Source of the DNA: Bacteroidota bacterium
GTDB lineage: Bacteria > Bacteroidota > Bacteroidia > Chitinophagales > UBA10324
Direction: 5' to 3'
Length of the DNA stretch: 64,000 nucleotides
Assembly (NCBI GenBank): GCA_014190575.1
Contig: BJGQ01000011.1
Span: 5,009 to 69,008, forward strand
Notes under the pieces: generated by a model
Database searches by the model: none
What the model saw: the letters and a program-made list of their open reading frames with translations, nothing else
Told to the model about the DNA's origin: nothing
Shown here: piece by piece, positions 63,308-64,000 of the stretch
Layout of the letters: the number at the start of each line of letters is the position of its first letter
Position numbering within the stretch: the stretch's first letter is position 1
Made by a program: the position numbers and the translations under genes

Positions 63308-64000
63308 TAACAACATTGACAAAGCTTTCCGCGAAAAATTAGGCGGCTTGCGCGTTGAACCACGCTCACGGGTGTGGTATCGCGTGTCGGCTGGTCTTGA
63401 CCGCGAAGCTGCACTTGTTGCGCACAAAAAGCGCAGAGTGATTGGTGTGTTAATCGGAGTTGTTTTATTGACCGGAATTATTCTGACAGCGGTGCTGGAC
63501 CCGGTTGCTACCCGAAGAAAAGTTTCGAATACAAATGGAGAAATGCCGGATGAAAAAGCAAGTGTTCAACAAATCAGTAATCAAGCTCATTCTTATTCAG
63601 TTGCACCTGTTTTAAAAATTGTTACACCTGATGAATCAGCACCTTCAACATTTAATACTTCAAATGTTGTTGTGAATATTGTTGAACCAACTTTTGTTGA
63701 ATCGAATAATTCTGAATCTGCGATTCAGGAAAATGAAATGAGGAGCAATGAAAATACAAATTCAATTTTGAATCTTCCATTGATTCATTCGTTTGTGAAT
63801 TTTGCGAATCAATATCCTGCTGCATCGAAGTTTGAAAACGCATTAGTTGTTTATAATCCATCTGTTACAGGCGATGAAAAACTCAATTCAACCGAATGTG
63901 ATTGCAACGATAAATTATATGCAGGAGCAAATTTCAGACTGAACAGAACTTCGTTTGCTGATACTGCACTTGCGCAGAATACCAACTTCGTTGATAAATT
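63288..64000 (+). CDS. probable anti-sigma factor / membrane protein, 5' partial (runs off the right edge)
   Basis: I translated it by hand. The ATG at 63288 overlaps the sigma gene stop by 20 nt and stays open to the window end. A ~45-aa cytoplasmic segment is followed by one transmembrane helix (VIGVLIGVVLLTGIILTAVL). The later YAGANFRLNRTSF suggests a beta-barrel-like C-terminal part. It is not in the ORF track because no stop falls within the window. Confidence 0.5.
   Translation, partial: MPQQFSDNNIDKAFREKLGGLRVEPRSRVWYRVSAGLDREAALVAHKKRRVIGVLIGVVLLTGIILTAVLDPVATRRKVSNTNGEMPDEKASVQQISNQAHSYSVAPVLKIVTPDESAPSTFNTSNVVVNIVEPTFVESNNSESAIQENEMRSNENTNSILNLPLIHSFVNFANQYPAASKFENALVVYNPSVTGDEKLNSTECDCNDKLYAGANFRLNRTSFADTALAQNTNFVDK

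Overview
AT-rich chromosomal segment, roughly 35-40% GC judged by eye, with local GC-rich patches. It is almost certainly from a Bacteroidota bacterium. Evidence for that: type A and type B T9SS C-terminal sorting domains, FS[SA]C-KK lipoboxes, TAnnTTTG -7 promoter boxes 20-35 nt upstream of many start codons, tandem FKBP lipoproteins, and TonB-ExbBD. The window holds about 60 tightly packed protein genes and one tRNA-Ser(UGA).

Most content is ordinary housekeeping:
- Core metabolism and translation: purC, rpmE type B, tsaE, ald, folP, cdaA, ahcY, ndk, nrnA, hldD, folC, plsC, rdgB, rlmI, csp.
- Peptide scavenging: DPP-IV, a POT transporter, and M13 and M3 peptidases.
- Three T9SS cargo proteins.
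- Two ECF sigma loci.

I see no CRISPR array, transposase, integrase, prophage or recognisable defence genes, and I cannot point to a clear-cut novel system.

The best candidates for a second look:
1. A five-gene exported cluster at 789-5206. It combines DUF4214-like repeat lipoproteins, a Tat-exported DUF1501-like protein, and a PSCyt-like lipoprotein with an atypical CX4CH motif. It looks like a split Bacteroidota version of the uncharacterised planctomycete PSCyt/DUF1549/DUF1553 + DUF1501 pairs.
2. An intact ORF (28108-28605) that joins ECF sigma region 2 directly to a T9SS C-terminal-domain-like tail.
3. An in-frame palindromic repeat insertion inside tsaE.
4. A 26/30-identical inverted pair of 30-nt repeats bracketing a two-gene block, next to a hairpin-rich 530-bp intergenic region.
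5. A 14-mer direct and inverted repeat array in the divergent thioesterase/hldD promoter region.

All family assignments come from reading motifs in the translations, not from database searches.
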